From Chiloscyllium plagiosum (lineage: Eukaryota): a stretch of 64,000 bases of DNA. Where the stretch lies: assembly GCF_004010195.1 (NCBI RefSeq), contig NC_057750.1, forward strand, positions 15,370,537 through 15,434,536, read 5' to 3'. The notes beneath the pieces are model-generated. The model worked only from the letters and a program-made list of their open reading frames with translations. It had not been told where the DNA came from and made no database searches. The position numbers and the translations under genes were made by a program. Position 1 is the first letter of the stretch; each line of letters opens with the position of its first letter. Shown here one piece after another: positions 63,545-64,000 of the stretch.

Positions 63545-64000
63545 CTCCTTGCTATCAGGAAGATGTTATGAAACCTGAAAGGGTTCAGAAAAGGTTTACA
63601 TGGATGTTTCCAGGGTTGGAGGATTTGAGCTATAGGGAGAGGCTGAATAGTCTGGGACTGTTTTCCCTGAAGCATTGGAGGCTGAGGGGTGACCATATAG
63701 AGATTCATAAAATCATGAAGGGCGTGGATAGGGTAAATAGACGAAGTCTTTTCCCTGGGATGGGGGAGTCCAGAACTAGAGGGCATAGGTTTAGGGCGAG
63801 AGGGGAAAGATATAAAAGAGACCCAAGGGGCAACTTTTTCACGCATAGGGTGGTATGTGTATGAAAGGAGCTGCCAGAGGAACTGGTAGAGACTGGTACA
63901 GTTGCAACATTTAAAAGGCATCTGGATGGGTATATGAATAGGAAGGGTTTGGAGGGATATGGGATGGGTGCTGACAGGTGGGACTAGATTGGGTTGAGGT
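63545..64000 (+). mobile_element. CR1 LINE 3' fragment (continues past window)
   Basis: ERVQKRFTWMFPGLEDLSYRERLNSLGLFSL...RTRGHRF. Confidence 0.9.

Noticed and set aside
44873..64000. ITPKC first coding exon or promoter
   Set aside because: No suitable long minus-strand ORF or CpG island seen; it probably lies beyond the window.

Overview
Eukaryotic, repeat-rich vertebrate DNA. The SINE/LINE/Penelope repertoire (HE1-type V-SINEs, CR1, Rex1/Babar) points to a shark; that is an inference from the repeats. The one host gene I can support is an inositol-1,4,5-trisphosphate 3-kinase, most like ITPKC, on the minus strand. Six coding exons (likely exons 2-7, 44872->34420) splice in frame with GT-AG borders. 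They are followed by a ~3.1 kb repeat-poor 3'UTR with AATAAA at 31302-31307. The first exon is not seen and probably lies beyond 64000. The rest is transposon debris, a CpG-rich minisatellite and three N gaps. The most notable signal is a set of short fold-back (palindromic) Penelope-derived insertions with 11-15 bp target-site duplications. Their arms carry minimal hammerhead-ribozyme motifs, some apparently intact. Repeat coordinates are read by eye and approximate unless a motif is quoted.
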